A stretch of DNA of 62,419 nucleotides from an uncultured Burkholderiaceae bacterium (lineage in GTDB: Bacteria; Pseudomonadota; Gammaproteobacteria; Burkholderiales; Burkholderiaceae_C): the NCBI GenBank assembly GCA_964597235.1, contig CAZQXQ010000001.1:1-62419 (forward strand), written 5' to 3'. The notes under the pieces are model-generated. The model made no database searches. It worked only from the letters and a program-made list of their open reading frames with translations, and was not told where the DNA came from. Both the position numbers and the translations under genes were made by a program. Positions within the stretch are counted from its first letter, which is position 1; every line of letters starts with the position of its first letter. Below are positions 38,426 to 48,780 of this stretch, piece after piece.

Positions 38426-40384
38426 ATGACACTGCGCAAACAACTGTTTCTGACGCTTTCCTTGTTGTTCCTGATCGTGCTGGCCGGGCTGTTGTTGCTC
38501 AATGTGAAGGGCACGCGCGACTACCTGGAAGCGCAACTGGGCTCGCATGCGCAGGATGCGGCCACCTCGCTGTCGCTGCGTCTGGCGCAGGTGATGGGGC
38601 GCAATGATCCGGTGCTGACCCAGCTGCAGGTCGATACGGTGTTTGACCGGGGGTATTTCCAGAAGGTGGTTCTGGTCGATCCGCGCGGGGAGGTCTTGCT
38701 GTCGCGCGAGTTGTCCGCGAAGGTGGGGGAGGTGCCGCTGTGGTTTTCCTCGGCCTTTGCACTGAACCCGCCGGGGGGAGAGGCGTTTGTCTCTTCGGGC
38801 TGGCAGCAGTTGGGCAAGGTGGTGGTGAGCAGCCAGCCCGCCCATGCCTACGCATACCTGTGGTCTAGCTCCAAGGAGCTAGCGGCGTGGATTGGCGCGG
38901 TGTTTCTGCTGGCTTTGGCGCTGACCCACGGCTTGTTGAAGGTGATCTTGAACCCTCTGGGCGCGATTGAACGCACGGCCAAGGCAATCCAGGACAAACG
39001 CTTTGAGCAGATCGAGCACCGCCCCCGCGCCCGGGAGCTGGCCCGGGTGGTGCGGGCGATGAACGAAATGTCGCGCCGCATCGCGGACATCATCAATGCC
39101 GAAGTCGCACGGGCCGAGGGGTTCCGGCAGCAACTGATGCGCGACGAGGTGACGGGCGCGGACAACCGCAACAGTTTCGAGTTGCGCTTTGAGGCCTTGT
39201 TGAACAACCCGGATGCGGAACTGCATGGCCACCTGATTGCCGTGGAGCTCAATGGCCTGAAGCAGTTCAACCAGGAGGTGGGTTACCGCGAAGGGGATGC
39301 CTTGTTGCGGGGCATTGTCGAGCGCGGCACTCAGCTCCTGCGGCAGCCTGGCGCGCTGGTGGCACGCCTGAACGGCGGGCTGATTGCCTTTGTGAGCGTG
39401 CACCACGACCCAGCCCAGGCCACACGCATCGCCCAGGGGCTGCGGGAAAACCTGGCCACGTGGCTGTATGTCAAGGACAGGGAGCAGCGCTTGGCGTTCA
39501 GCATGGGCGTAGTCCCGTTTGGTCGTGAAGACCGCAAGGGCGATGTGCTGGCTCGACTCGACATGGTCATCGAAGCCGCGCGTCTGAAAGGCCGCAATCA
39601 GCTGGCGTTTGCGACCGCTGCCGATACCGGTCAGCTGGCGGATGCCTTGGGCTCCATGGGCTGGCGAGAACTGATTGAAAAAGCCCTCGCAGAAAAACGC
39701 TGGGAATTGCTGGTGCAGAAGGTGCTGCGCTTTAATTCCGGCCAGGTCGTGCACTGGGAGGCCATGGCGCGTTTGCGCGACCAGCAAGGAGAGCTGGTGC
39801 CAGCCTCTCAATTCATCCCGATGGCGACCCGCCACAGGTTGATGCCCTGGGTGGACCGGGCCGTTCTGACCCTGGTGCGCAATGTACTGCGGGAGCGCCC
39901 AGCCTTGGAGGGCCTGGCGGTCAACCTGTCGGCGCAGAGCGTCAGCGACCCTTCCTTCATGGGCTGGTTGGCGCGATACCTTAAAGACCTTGGCCCAGAT
40001 GCGCAGCGCCTTTCGGTGGAATTGACCTGTTACGGTTGTTCGCAAAACCTGGACGCTGCCCGGGCCTTGGCCAAGGCCCTGCGGCTGGTGGGAGCCAAAT
40101 TCGGCATCGACCGCATGGGGATGGACCCAATGGCGCCGCAGGTGCTGGTGGAGGTGCCGCCTGACTACATCAAGCTGGAGAGCGCGCCCATCTTTACCGC
40201 CGTAGGCGAGGCCAAGGCGGCCGAGTGGATGCGCTCCATCCACGCGCTGGCCCGCTCTCTGGACGCCCAAGTCATGGCTCAAGGGGTAGAAACGCAGGCC
40301 GAGTACGACTGGTTGCGCCCGACGCACGATGCCGCTCAAGGCTATTTGATTGCCCGTCTGGAAACCTTGCCTCCGGCGGCATAA
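38426..40384 (+). CDS. LapD-like inner-membrane c-di-GMP receptor (LapD/MoxY N-domain, HAMP, degenerate GGDEF, EAL)
   Basis: 652 aa. N-terminus [21 protein letters not shown]...[17 protein letters not shown] is LapD-like. Periplasmic GWxQ hairpin motif (SSGWQQLG), second TM + HAMP. The GGDEF signature is replaced by NGGLI. The EAL signature reads EAM. Confidence 0.85.
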   Translation: MTLRKQLFLTLSLLFLIVLAGLLLLNVKGTRDYLEAQLGSHAQDAATSLSLRLAQVMGRNDPVLTQLQVDTVFDRGYFQKVVLVDPRGEVLLSRELSAKVGEVPLWFSSAFALNPPGGEAFVSSGWQQLGKVVVSSQPAHAYAYLWSSSKELAAWIGAVFLLALALTHGLLKVILNPLGAIERTAKAIQDKRFEQIEHRPRARELARVVRAMNEMSRRIADIINAEVARAEGFRQQLMRDEVTGADNRNSFELRFEALLNNPDAELHGHLIAVELNGLKQFNQEVGYREGDALLRGIVERGTQLLRQPGALVARLNGGLIAFVSVHHDPAQATRIAQGLRENLATWLYVKDREQRLAFSMGVVPFGREDRKGDVLARLDMVIEAARLKGRNQLAFATAADTGQLADALGSMGWRELIEKALAEKRWELLVQKVLRFNSGQVVHWEAMARLRDQQGELVPASQFIPMATRHRLMPWVDRAVLTLVRNVLRERPALEGLAVNLSAQSVSDPSFMGWLARYLKDLGPDAQRLSVELTCYGCSQNLDAARALAKALRLVGAKFGIDRMGMDPMAPQVLVEVPPDYIKLESAPIFTAVGEAKAAEWMRSIHALARSLDAQVMAQGVETQAEYDWLRPTHDAAQGYLIARLETLPPAA

Positions 40385-40449
40385 TTCATGCCCTGAACCG
40401 ACCGCCGCGCGGCAACGTGCGGCGGTTTGCTTTTATACAAGTCATCACC

Positions 40450-40926
40450 ATGAGCACCATTCCAATCACCAAGCGCGGCGCTGAGCTGCTCAAAGCCGAA
40501 CTGCACCGCCTGAAAACCGTCGAGCGCCCCGCCGTCATCACCGCCATCTCCGAAGCCCGCGCCCAGGGCGACTTGAGCGAAAACGCCGATTACGATGCTG
40601 CCAAGGAGCGCCAAGGCTTCGTCGAAGGCCGGATTCTGGAAATCGAGGGCAAGCTCTCGGCTGCCCAGATCATCGATCCCAGCACCTTGGACGCTGGTGG
40701 CCGCGTGGTCTTTGGTGCCACGGTGGAGCTGGAAGACGAGGACACGGGCGACACGGTCAAGTACCAGATCGTCGGCGAGGACGAGGCTGACCTGAAGTTG
40801 GGTTTGATCAATATCTCCAGCCCGATTGCCCGGGCGCTGATCGGTAAGGAAGAGGGCGATGTGGCGGAGGTGCAGGCCCCGGGGGGCGTGCGTCGCTACG
40901 AAGTGGTCGCGGTCAGCTACCAGTGA
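40450..40926 (+). CDS. greA: transcription elongation factor GreA
   Basis: ATG 40450. 158 aa: [22 protein letters not shown]...[17 protein letters not shown]...[12 protein letters not shown]. Confidence 0.95.
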   Translation: MSTIPITKRGAELLKAELHRLKTVERPAVITAISEARAQGDLSENADYDAAKERQGFVEGRILEIEGKLSAAQIIDPSTLDAGGRVVFGATVELEDEDTGDTVKYQIVGEDEADLKLGLINISSPIARALIGKEEGDVAEVQAPGGVRRYEVVAVSYQ

Positions 40927-41351
40927 GTCCTAACCGGCTGCGCTTGGCTCGCCTGCTGGCTGCCGTGTGGTGGGTCAGTCTCGGCACCATGGGGTTTTTG
41001 GTGGTGCCCCTGCTGTTCAGGCACCTGCCCAGTCCCGCCATGGCCGGTGCGATGGCGGCCAAATTGTTTGCAGCACAGACCTGGGTCTCGCTGGCCTGCG
41101 GTGCAGGGCTGTTATGGATTTTTAAGCAAAAACAGCCTCTAAGCCAACAAAAACCAGCGGTGTTTGCTATCTTTTTGATAGTATTTGGCCTGTTGATGGC
41201 TGCTTTAGTGCACTGGGGTGTGGCCCCGCGCATCGTAGCCCGCGAGAACCTGCGTCTTTGGCATAGCCTGGGAACTGTCCTGTACGCTTTGCAATGGCTC
41301 AGCGCGCTGGCCTTGTTCTGGCGCCTGGCCCGCCCGACCGAGCCACACTGA
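40923..41351 (+). CDS. DUF4149-like small membrane protein
   Basis: 142 aa, GTG start overlapping the greA stop, four hydrophobic segments. A membrane protein in this position after greA is common in Burkholderiales (from memory). Confidence 0.55.
   Translation: MSPNRLRLARLLAAVWWVSLGTMGFLVVPLLFRHLPSPAMAGAMAAKLFAAQTWVSLACGAGLLWIFKQKQPLSQQKPAVFAIFLIVFGLLMAALVHWGVAPRIVARENLRLWHSLGTVLYALQWLSALALFWRLARPTEPH
41129..41182. repeat. short interspersed repeat, copy D (inside a coding region, in frame)
   Basis: aaaacagcctctaagccaacaaaaaccagcggtgtttgctatctttttgatag. Encodes [19 protein letters not shown] within the DUF4149-like ORF. Confidence 0.45.
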
Positions 41352-41353
41352 TC

Positions 41354-42115
41354 TCACTCGCGCCAGTGCTGTGCCACCCACAGCGCGGGGCGGATATAGC
41401 GAAAGCGTCGGTTGCGGCGACCTGCCAGCGCATCCGGCGGATTGCATTCCCCATGAAAAATCACCACGCGAGCACCCGGCGGCACTTCAGGCGCCGCCCA
41501 GAAATTGCGCGGCCAGCGGGGAATGCTGTGGTACTTGAAGCTGGGGCACCAGTCCTTGGGCCAGTACGCGAGCTTGCCCTGCTTGTGCAGAAAGTCCGAC
41601 AGGTAGGCCTGCTCGTTGCGGAACTGGCGGCGAATCTCGTCAAAGTGCTGGCGAAAATAGCTCAGCACCTTCGGGTGGGCACCGATCTCAAAGCGGTACA
41701 CCGAGGAGTTGCCCGTGATGCGCCAAGGGCGCTTGTAGTCATGAATGATCAGAAACTCGCCGGGCTGGGTGAAGAAGTCGTCCAGCGGGCCAGTAATGAC
41801 CACGTCCACGTCCAGAAACAGGGCAGTGCCTTGCAGGCCATACAGGTCCTGGCTGAAGGTCACCAGCTTGGTCCAGCCACGCTCCGGGATGCCGGGGGGC
41901 AGGTCCAGCGGCGGAATGGGAAAGCAGCGCACTTCAGGACGTATGCCCTCGGTGTCATCGGTCAGGCAGACGAAGTGGAAATCTCCCTTCAAATGCCGTC
42001 GCACCATGCCATAGAGCCGATTGACATATTCGGGGCCATATTTGCGGCCCCATTTCATGCAAATCACATGGCGCGCTGGCGCCTGTGGGGAGCTTGCCGA
42101 GGGCATGGCACTCAA
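41354..42115 (-). CDS. putative glycosyltransferase-like protein (DxD motif), family not recognised
   Basis: 253 aa. VICMKWGRKYGPEYVNRLYGMV, FHFVCLTDD, ALFLDVDVVITGPLDDFF. ATGA overlap with yhbY upstream. Confidence 0.5.
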   Translation of the reverse strand: MSAMPSASSPQAPARHVICMKWGRKYGPEYVNRLYGMVRRHLKGDFHFVCLTDDTEGIRPEVRCFPIPPLDLPPGIPERGWTKLVTFSQDLYGLQGTALFLDVDVVITGPLDDFFTQPGEFLIIHDYKRPWRITGNSSVYRFEIGAHPKVLSYFRQHFDEIRRQFRNEQAYLSDFLHKQGKLAYWPKDWCPSFKYHSIPRWPRNFWAAPEVPPGARVVIFHGECNPPDALAGRRNRRFRYIRPALWVAQHWRE

Positions 42116-42585
42116 TCGGCTTGCTGCTTTTTGACCGATTTTTGCTTCGGTTTGGCGCGCTTAATTTGGCCGCCAGAGGTCAGCCGCTGGTTGCCAAGCA
42201 CCCGCAGTTGCTTGACCTCTGGCCGCTGGCCGCCGCGCTTGCTGAACTTCAGCACCTTGACATCGCGCGGGCCGGGTTTGCGGTCTTCGTCTGCAACGCG
42301 TTCCTTGCTCACCGGGGGGCGCCAGAGGATGAACAACTTGCCGATGTGTTGCACCGGCGCAGCGTTGAGTTCGTCGGCAATGGTGCGGTACATCGCTTCG
42401 CGGGCTTCGCGGTCATCGACGAAGGCGCGGACCTTGATCAGGCCGTGGGCGTTCAGTGCATGGTCGATTTCTTTTTTGACGGCGTCCGTCAGGCCATCGC
42501 CGCCAATTTGGACCACGGGGTCGAGGTGGTGGGCGTTGGCGCGATGTTCCCGGCGCTCGGTCGGGGTCAATTCAATGTGAGGCAT
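42112..42585 (-). CDS. yhbY: YhbY-type CRM-domain RNA-binding protein (ribosome assembly)
   Basis: 157 aa. [47 protein letters not shown], plus a Lys/Arg-rich C-terminal tail. Divergent from rlmE, as is usual. Confidence 0.85.
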   Translation of the reverse strand: MPHIELTPTERREHRANAHHLDPVVQIGGDGLTDAVKKEIDHALNAHGLIKVRAFVDDREAREAMYRTIADELNAAPVQHIGKLFILWRPPVSKERVADEDRKPGPRDVKVLKFSKRGGQRPEVKQLRVLGNQRLTSGGQIKRAKPKQKSVKKQQAD

Positions 42586-42617
42586 GGACCGTATTATCGA
42601 GCTTGAAAGAAAAGTGC

Positions 42618-43280
42618 ATGAAAGTTAAAACCCAAAGCAAGAAAGTCAACAAGGCGTGGCTGAACGAGCATGTCCACGATCCTTATGTAAAGCTGGCCCA
42701 GAAAGAGGGCTATCGCTCCCGGGCGGCCTATAAGCTCAAGGAAATCGACGAGCAATTTCAGCTCATCCGTCCCGGTGCCACCGTTGTAGACCTGGGCTCG
42801 ACACCCGGCGCCTGGAGCCAGTATGTGCGCCGGCGCCTGTCGCCCGAAGGGGCTGCCGTCGGTCAGCTCAATGGTTTGATGCTCGCGCTCGACATCCTTC
42901 CCATGGAGCCCATCGAGGGCGTGACGTTTTTGCAGGGGGATTTTCGAGAGCCCGAGGTGCTGGCGCAGCTGGAGGCGGCAGTGGCCAATCGCCCTGTGGA
43001 TGTGGTGGTTTCGGACATGGCGCCCAATCTCTCTGGCATTGCCTCCGCCGATGCGGCCCGCGTGATGGACCTGGTCGAGCTGGCCGTGGATTTCGCCAAC
43101 CAGCATCTTCGCCCCGAAGGCGCCCTGGTAGTCAAGCTGTTCCATGGGGCGGCGTATGACCCCTTGGTCAAGCTGTTTCGAGATACCTTTAAGGTGGTTA
43201 AGCCCTTCAAGCCCAAGGCGTCGCGGGACAAATCTGCAGAAACTTTTCTGATCGGCATCGGTCTGAAAAATCCCCGCTGA
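42618..43280 (+). CDS. rlmE: 23S rRNA (uridine2552-2'-O)-methyltransferase
   Basis: ATG 42618. [61 protein letters not shown]: RlmE/FtsJ motifs. Confidence 0.93.
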   Translation: MKVKTQSKKVNKAWLNEHVHDPYVKLAQKEGYRSRAAYKLKEIDEQFQLIRPGATVVDLGSTPGAWSQYVRRRLSPEGAAVGQLNGLMLALDILPMEPIEGVTFLQGDFREPEVLAQLEAAVANRPVDVVVSDMAPNLSGIASADAARVMDLVELAVDFANQHLRPEGALVVKLFHGAAYDPLVKLFRDTFKVVKPFKPKASRDKSAETFLIGIGLKNPR

Positions 43281-43437
43281 GTCCTTCCCTTGGGTCTGAA
43301 CCCCTTCCTGATCCTTCCTAAACCCTTGTCAGGGGCATGGATGCAAGCCGGCGTACCTTGGGTGGGCTGGGTTGAAAGACCTAAAATGCGCCTCCACCTT
43401 TGTTTGGTGTTTCCCTCTTTTTTGACTGGAGTCTCTC

Positions 43438-45363
43438 TTGAATAACCAGTGGTTTTCCAAAATTGCCATCTGGCTGATGATTGCGATGGTGCTGTTCACG
43501 GTGTTCAAGCAGTTTGACACCCGGGTGGGTGTCGGTGCCGGCACGGTGGGCTATTCGGAATTCTTGGAAGAGGTGCGCAACAACCGGATCAAAAGCGCCA
43601 CGATTCAGGAAGGCCCCGGGGGGAGCGAGATTGTGGCCATCACCCAGGATGATCGGCGCATTCGCACCACGGCTACCTATTTGGACCGGGGCTTGGTGGG
43701 CGACCTGATCAACAACAACGTCAAGTTCGACGTCAAGCCCCGCGAGGAGGGCTCCTTGCTGATGACCCTGCTGGTGAGCTGGGGCCCCATGTTGCTGCTG
43801 ATTGGCGTGTGGGTGTATTTCATGCGCCAGATGCAGGGCGGTGGCAAGGGTGGTGCGTTCAGCTTCGGCAAGAGCAAGGCCCGCATGCTGGACGAGAACA
43901 ACAACCAAGTTACCTTTGCGGACGTGGCTGGTTGTGACGAGGCCAAAGAAGAGGTCAAGGAGGTCGTGGACTTCCTCAAAGACCCCCAAAAGTTCCAGAA
44001 ACTGGGTGGCCGTATTCCTCGTGGCCTGCTCTTGGTCGGCCCTCCTGGCACAGGTAAAACCCTGTTGGCCAAGTCGATCGCTGGCGAAGCCAAGGTGCCG
44101 TTCTTCAGCATCTCGGGTTCCGATTTCGTGGAAATGTTTGTGGGCGTTGGCGCGGCCCGCGTGCGCGACATGTTCGAGAACGCCAAGAAGAACGCGCCTT
44201 GCATCATCTTCATTGACGAAATCGATGCGGTCGGTCGCCAGCGTGGCGCCGGTCTCGGCGGTGGCAATGACGAGCGCGAACAAACCCTGAACCAGATGCT
44301 GGTCGAGATGGATGGCTTTGAGACCAACCTCGGTGTGATCGTGGTGGCCGCCACCAACCGTCCCGACATTCTGGATGCAGCCTTGCTGCGCCCAGGCCGT
44401 TTTGACCGCCAGGTGTACGTAACCCTGCCGGACATTCGCGGTCGGGAACAGATCCTCAACGTGCACATGCGCCGCATTCCGGTTGGCCAGGACGTCAACC
44501 CGGCCGTCATCGCCCGCGGCACTCCCGGGATGAGTGGCGCCGATTTGGCCAACCTCTGCAACGAGGCGGCGTTGATGGCCGCCCGGCGCAACGCTCGCAT
44601 GGTGGAAATGCAGGATTTTGAAAAGGCCAAGGACAAGATCCTGATGGGCCCTGAGCGCAAGAGCATGGTCATGCCGGAGGAAGAGCGCCGCAACACGGCC
44701 TACCACGAAGCGGGGCATGCCCTGATTGGCAAGCTACTGCCCAAATGTGATCCGGTGCACAAGGTCACCATCATTCCGCGTGGCCGTGCTCTGGGCGTGA
44801 CCATGAGCCTGCCTGAGAAAGACCGCTACAGCTACGACCGTGACTACATGCTGAACCAGATCAGCATGCTGTTTGGCGGCCGGATCGCCGAAGAGGTCTT
44901 CATGAACCAGATGACCACCGGGGCCAGCAATGACTTCGAACGGGCCACCCACATTGCCCGCGACATGGTGACCCGCTATGGCATGACCGAGGCTCTGGGC
45001 CCCATGGTGTATGCCGAAAACGAAGGTGAAGTGTTCCTCGGCCGCTCGGTCACCAAGACCACCAACATGAGCGAGCAAACGATGGAGAAGGTGGATGCCG
45101 AGGTGCGCCGCATCATCGATGAGCAGTACGCTTTGGCCCGTCGTTTGATCGAGGAGCACAGCGACAAGATGCACGCGATGGCCAAGGCCTTGCTGGACTG
45201 GGAGACCATCGACACCGAGCAGCTTGACGACATCATGGCTGGCAAGCCGCCCCGTCCACCGAAGGACTGGACACCCCGCGCCCCCAGTCCAGGGGGTGAT
45301 AGCAGCACTGGCGGCGGTTCAACTGCGGTGACCAGCGATCCGACGGCACCCACGGCTGCCTGA
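43438..45363 (+). CDS. ftsH: ATP-dependent zinc metalloprotease FtsH
   Basis: 641 aa, TTG start ([13 protein letters not shown]). Walker [13 protein letters not shown], Walker [12 protein letters not shown] region, zinc site HEAGHAL. Confidence 0.97.
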   Translation: MNNQWFSKIAIWLMIAMVLFTVFKQFDTRVGVGAGTVGYSEFLEEVRNNRIKSATIQEGPGGSEIVAITQDDRRIRTTATYLDRGLVGDLINNNVKFDVKPREEGSLLMTLLVSWGPMLLLIGVWVYFMRQMQGGGKGGAFSFGKSKARMLDENNNQVTFADVAGCDEAKEEVKEVVDFLKDPQKFQKLGGRIPRGLLLVGPPGTGKTLLAKSIAGEAKVPFFSISGSDFVEMFVGVGAARVRDMFENAKKNAPCIIFIDEIDAVGRQRGAGLGGGNDEREQTLNQMLVEMDGFETNLGVIVVAATNRPDILDAALLRPGRFDRQVYVTLPDIRGREQILNVHMRRIPVGQDVNPAVIARGTPGMSGADLANLCNEAALMAARRNARMVEMQDFEKAKDKILMGPERKSMVMPEEERRNTAYHEAGHALIGKLLPKCDPVHKVTIIPRGRALGVTMSLPEKDRYSYDRDYMLNQISMLFGGRIAEEVFMNQMTTGASNDFERATHIARDMVTRYGMTEALGPMVYAENEGEVFLGRSVTKTTNMSEQTMEKVDAEVRRIIDEQYALARRLIEEHSDKMHAMAKALLDWETIDTEQLDDIMAGKPPRPPKDWTPRAPSPGGDSSTGGGSTAVTSDPTAPTAA

Positions 45364-45392
45364 TTCACGACGGTTTTGTTCTGACACACCAA

Positions 45393-45414
45393 CGGGGCCC
45401 GCAGGCCCCGTTTT
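45393..45414 (+). terminator. rho-independent terminator after ftsH
   Basis: cggggcc-cgca-ggccccg followed by tttt. Confidence 0.65.
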
Positions 45415-45454
45415 GCATGGCTGGCATGTCGCCAGCGTTTTGGAAGCATTTTCT

Positions 45455-46303
45455 ATGGATTGGCAAACTTCCCGTTTTCGCATCGACCTGCGTTCGCCCA
45501 AAGTCATGGGCATTGTCAACATCACTCCCGATTCGTTTTCGGACGGTGGACGACATGCCGATGTGCGTTCTGCCATGGCCCATTGTGAGCGCTTGCTGAA
45601 ACAGGGGGCCGATATTCTGGACATTGGCGGAGAGTCCACCCGACCCGGCAGTCCACCGGTCAGCCTGGCGGATGAACTGGCGCGGGTAGTGCCTCTGGTT
45701 CAAGAGGCGGTCAAGCTGCAAGTGCCCATCTCGGTGGACACCTACAAGCCTGAAGTGATGCAGGCGGTCCTTGACTTGGGGGCTGACATCATCAACGACA
45801 TCTGGGCCCTGCGCCAGCCCGGTGCCAAGGCCGTGGTGGCCTCTCATCCCAGCTGTGGGGTGTGCCTCATGCACATGCACCGTGCCCCTGTGACCATGCA
45901 GCAAGCCCCCATGGACGGCGACGTGGTGAAGCAAGTGCTCTCATTTTTAGAGCATGTGGCGCTTGATTTAAAAGGGCTAGAGGTCAAAAAGGACCGTATT
46001 GTTCTGGATCCTGGCGTAGGTTTCGGGAAAACGGTGGCTCAGAACTTTGCTTTGCTGGCGCATCAGGCCCGGTTTGTGGAAGCGGGCTATCCCGTGTTGG
46101 TGGGATGGTCGCGTAAGTCTTCGATTGGCGCAGTGACAGAGCTGCCTGTCGATCAGCGCATGGCGCCCAGCGTCGCAGCCGCCTTGTTGGCGGTAGAGCG
46201 GGGCGCCCACATTGTGAGGGTGCACGATGTGCAGGAGACGGTTGCAGCGTTGAAGGTTTGGCAAGCTATGTGTGATGAAGAGAAGAGAATGGATACACTT
46301 TAA
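45455..46303 (+). CDS. folP: dihydropteroate synthase
   Basis: [25 protein letters not shown] and SVDTYKP motifs. Start placed at ATG 45455 because ATG 45413 lies inside the ftsH terminator. Confidence 0.92.
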   Translation: MDWQTSRFRIDLRSPKVMGIVNITPDSFSDGGRHADVRSAMAHCERLLKQGADILDIGGESTRPGSPPVSLADELARVVPLVQEAVKLQVPISVDTYKPEVMQAVLDLGADIINDIWALRQPGAKAVVASHPSCGVCLMHMHRAPVTMQQAPMDGDVVKQVLSFLEHVALDLKGLEVKKDRIVLDPGVGFGKTVAQNFALLAHQARFVEAGYPVLVGWSRKSSIGAVTELPVDQRMAPSVAAALLAVERGAHIVRVHDVQETVAALKVWQAMCDEEKRMDTL

Positions 46304-46364
46304 ATGTATCAATTTAACTAAAAAGTGCGTTAAGACGCCGCTCCCTCAACAAGGAATCATCAAC

Positions 46365-47699
46365 ATGGCTGCTAAGTATTTCGGCACCGATGGCATTCGT
46401 GGCACCGTCGGAATATCCCCCATTACTCCCGATTTTGTACTAAGGCTTGCGCATGCCGTAGGTCGCGTACTTCGTCGTACGGAAGAGCGCCCAACGGTCT
46501 TGATTGGCAAAGACACCCGCATTTCAGGCTATATGCTGGAAAGTGCGCTGGAATCAGGTTTCAACTCGGCAGGGGTGGATGTGGTGCTCTTGGGACCCTT
46601 GCCGACTCCTGGGGTGGCTTACTTGACGCGTGCCCAGCGCGCCAGTCTTGGGGTCGTGATCAGTGCGAGCCACAACCCTTATCCCGACAATGGGATCAAG
46701 TTTTTCAGTGCCCAGGGAACTAAATTACCGGACGCTTGGGAAGAAGCGGTGGAAGCGGCTCTGGAAGAGCCGCCCGCCTGGGTAGCGTCGGCCGGCCTGG
46801 GGAAAGCCAGGCGCTTGGACGATGCCGCTGGGCGCTACATCGAATTTTGCAAAAGCACCTTCCCCCAGGATCTGACGCTCAAGGGCTTGAAGATTGTGGT
46901 GGACGCCGCCCATGGCGCCGCTTACCAGGTGGCACCCAAGGTGTTTCATGAATTGGGCGCCGATGTGCTCTCGATTGGCTGTTCGCCCGATGGTCTGAAC
47001 ATCAATCACGAAGTCGGTGCCACGCATCCGGATGCCTTGGTGCGAGCGGTGCGTGCGAATCGTGCGGATTTCGGCATCGCGTTGGATGGGGATGCCGATC
47101 GCTTGCAAGTCGTGGATGCCGAAGGCCGCCTTTACAACGGCGACGAGCTCCTCTACCTCATGGCTTCCGAGCGTATGGCTCGCGACGAGCATGTGCCTGG
47201 TGTGGTCGGTACCCTCATGACCAACATGGCGGTGGAGGTGGGGCTGCGGCAGCGGGGGGTGAAGTTTGTCCGGGCCAAGGTGGGCGACCGCTATGTCTTG
47301 GAAGAGTTGCATCGTCACCGCTGGATTCTGGGCGGGGAGGGCTCAGGCCATCTCCTGGCGCTGGATCGCCACACGACTGGCGATGGGTTGGTCAGCGCTT
47401 TGCAGGTCTTGCAGGCGTGTGTGCGCAGCGGGGAGAGTCTGGCCAGCCTGCTTGGAGACCTCCAGCTCTATCCGCAGGTGCTTGTCAATGTGCACCTGGC
47501 ACCAGGGCAGGACTGGAAGGCCAATACCGCCCTGGCATCGGTGACCCGTGAAGTGGAAGCCACCCTGGGCGATAAGGGGCGCGTGCTCATTCGTGCCAGC
47601 GGTACCGAGCCCGTGTTGCGCGTGATGGTGGAGGCGGTCGATGAAGCGCAGGCCCATGCTGCTGCCCACCGGCTTGCCGAAGCAGCCCGTGGTGGCTGA
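46365..47699 (+). CDS. glmM: phosphoglucosamine mutase
   Basis: ATG 46365 ([13 protein letters not shown]). Active-site [32 protein letters not shown]. 444 aa. Confidence 0.95.
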   Translation: MAAKYFGTDGIRGTVGISPITPDFVLRLAHAVGRVLRRTEERPTVLIGKDTRISGYMLESALESGFNSAGVDVVLLGPLPTPGVAYLTRAQRASLGVVISASHNPYPDNGIKFFSAQGTKLPDAWEEAVEAALEEPPAWVASAGLGKARRLDDAAGRYIEFCKSTFPQDLTLKGLKIVVDAAHGAAYQVAPKVFHELGADVLSIGCSPDGLNINHEVGATHPDALVRAVRANRADFGIALDGDADRLQVVDAEGRLYNGDELLYLMASERMARDEHVPGVVGTLMTNMAVEVGLRQRGVKFVRAKVGDRYVLEELHRHRWILGGEGSGHLLALDRHTTGDGLVSALQVLQACVRSGESLASLLGDLQLYPQVLVNVHLAPGQDWKANTALASVTREVEATLGDKGRVLIRASGTEPVLRVMVEAVDEAQAHAAAHRLAEAARGG

Positions 47700-47845
47700 G
47701 GGCTGTCGGTGGGTGTCATACGCCTGACACCTTGACGACATCGGCTTGTCAATGGTGGTCTCCAAACTTGGTCTTAGAAATTCCGGGTGCCAGTCTGCCC
47801 CGGGACTCCTGTCCGTTCCAAGCCATGTTTTCAAGGAGCCCGTCC

Positions 47846-48685
47846 ATGAACGAATTGCCCAGCCCCACTTTCCCTCTTTCAGCGGACACTGTTTTGCCTC
47901 GGGGGACTCTTCATCGGGCCTCCTCGCCAATTCGTACAGAGCTGTCTCGGAACATTGAAGCAGGCATCCTGGTCTCTTGGGCGCGCCATTTGGATGAAGT
48001 GCGCGAAGCGCAGAAACTGAGGTATGACATCTTCGTCCGCGAAATGGGCGCGAACCTGTCTTCTCCAATTCCGGGCCATGACATCGACTTGTTTGATGAC
48101 TACTGCGAGCATTTGATCGTCCGCGATGTAGCCACGCAGCAGGTGATCGGCACCTACCGCGTCCTGACACCTGTGCAGGCGCGCCGTGTGGGTTCCACCT
48201 ATAGCGACACAGAATTTGACCTCACACGCTTACGAAATCTGCGCTCGCGCATGGTCGAACTTGGGCGCAGCTGCGTTCATCCAGACCACCGCCACGGTGG
48301 GGTCATCATGGCTTTGTGGAGTGCTTTGGGAGGCTTCATGGTGCGCAATGGCTTGGACACCATGATAGGTTGCGCCAGTATTCCCATGCTGCACAATGGG
48401 CTGATCAGTGGTGATGTTGCGGCCAGCATCTGGAACCAGCTGCGCCAAACACACCTAGCACCCATCGAATACCAAGTCCTGCCTCGCTTGCCTTTGCCCG
48501 TCGAACAGTTGGACGGTAGCTTGGTTGTTGAGCCTCCGGCGCTGATCAAGGGCTATTTGCGCCTTGGGACGAAAGTGCTGGGCGCACCCGCCTGGGACCC
48601 AGACTTCAACTCTGCCGACTTGCCGATGCTAATGCGCCTGGGAGATTTGCCCTCCCGTTACCGTAAGCATTTTTTGGGTGCATGA
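47846..48685 (+). CDS. GNAT-family N-acyltransferase, OlsB-like (lyso-ornithine-lipid synthase family)
   Basis: ATG 47846 with AAGGAG 7 nt upstream. EVREAQKLRYDIFVREMGA...DIDLFDDYCEHLIVRD...TYRVL...ELGRSCVHPDHR fits the Acetyltransf_5/OlsB pattern. Confidence 0.7.
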   Translation: MNELPSPTFPLSADTVLPRGTLHRASSPIRTELSRNIEAGILVSWARHLDEVREAQKLRYDIFVREMGANLSSPIPGHDIDLFDDYCEHLIVRDVATQQVIGTYRVLTPVQARRVGSTYSDTEFDLTRLRNLRSRMVELGRSCVHPDHRHGGVIMALWSALGGFMVRNGLDTMIGCASIPMLHNGLISGDVAASIWNQLRQTHLAPIEYQVLPRLPLPVEQLDGSLVVEPPALIKGYLRLGTKVLGAPAWDPDFNSADLPMLMRLGDLPSRYRKHFLGA

Positions 48686-48780
48686 CCCACGGGGCTGAGG
48701 TGGGTTGTGACATTTTTGCGTCACGCAAATGTCATCTTCGTGTCAAATAATTGGGCATCCAATTTCGACAGTCTCATTCC

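Noticed and set aside
38879-40339. 486-aa antisense ORF opposite the LapD-like gene
   Set aside because: No motifs, and it lies fully within a well-supported gene.
41294-42580. 428-aa plus-strand ORF across 41.3-42.6 kb
   Set aside because: Antisense to two minus-strand genes, the GT-like gene and yhbY. These have coherent motifs and an ATGA coupling. The plus-strand translation is low-complexity.
43381-44718. 445-aa and 339-aa antisense ORFs opposite ftsH
   Set aside because: FtsH on the plus strand is unambiguous.
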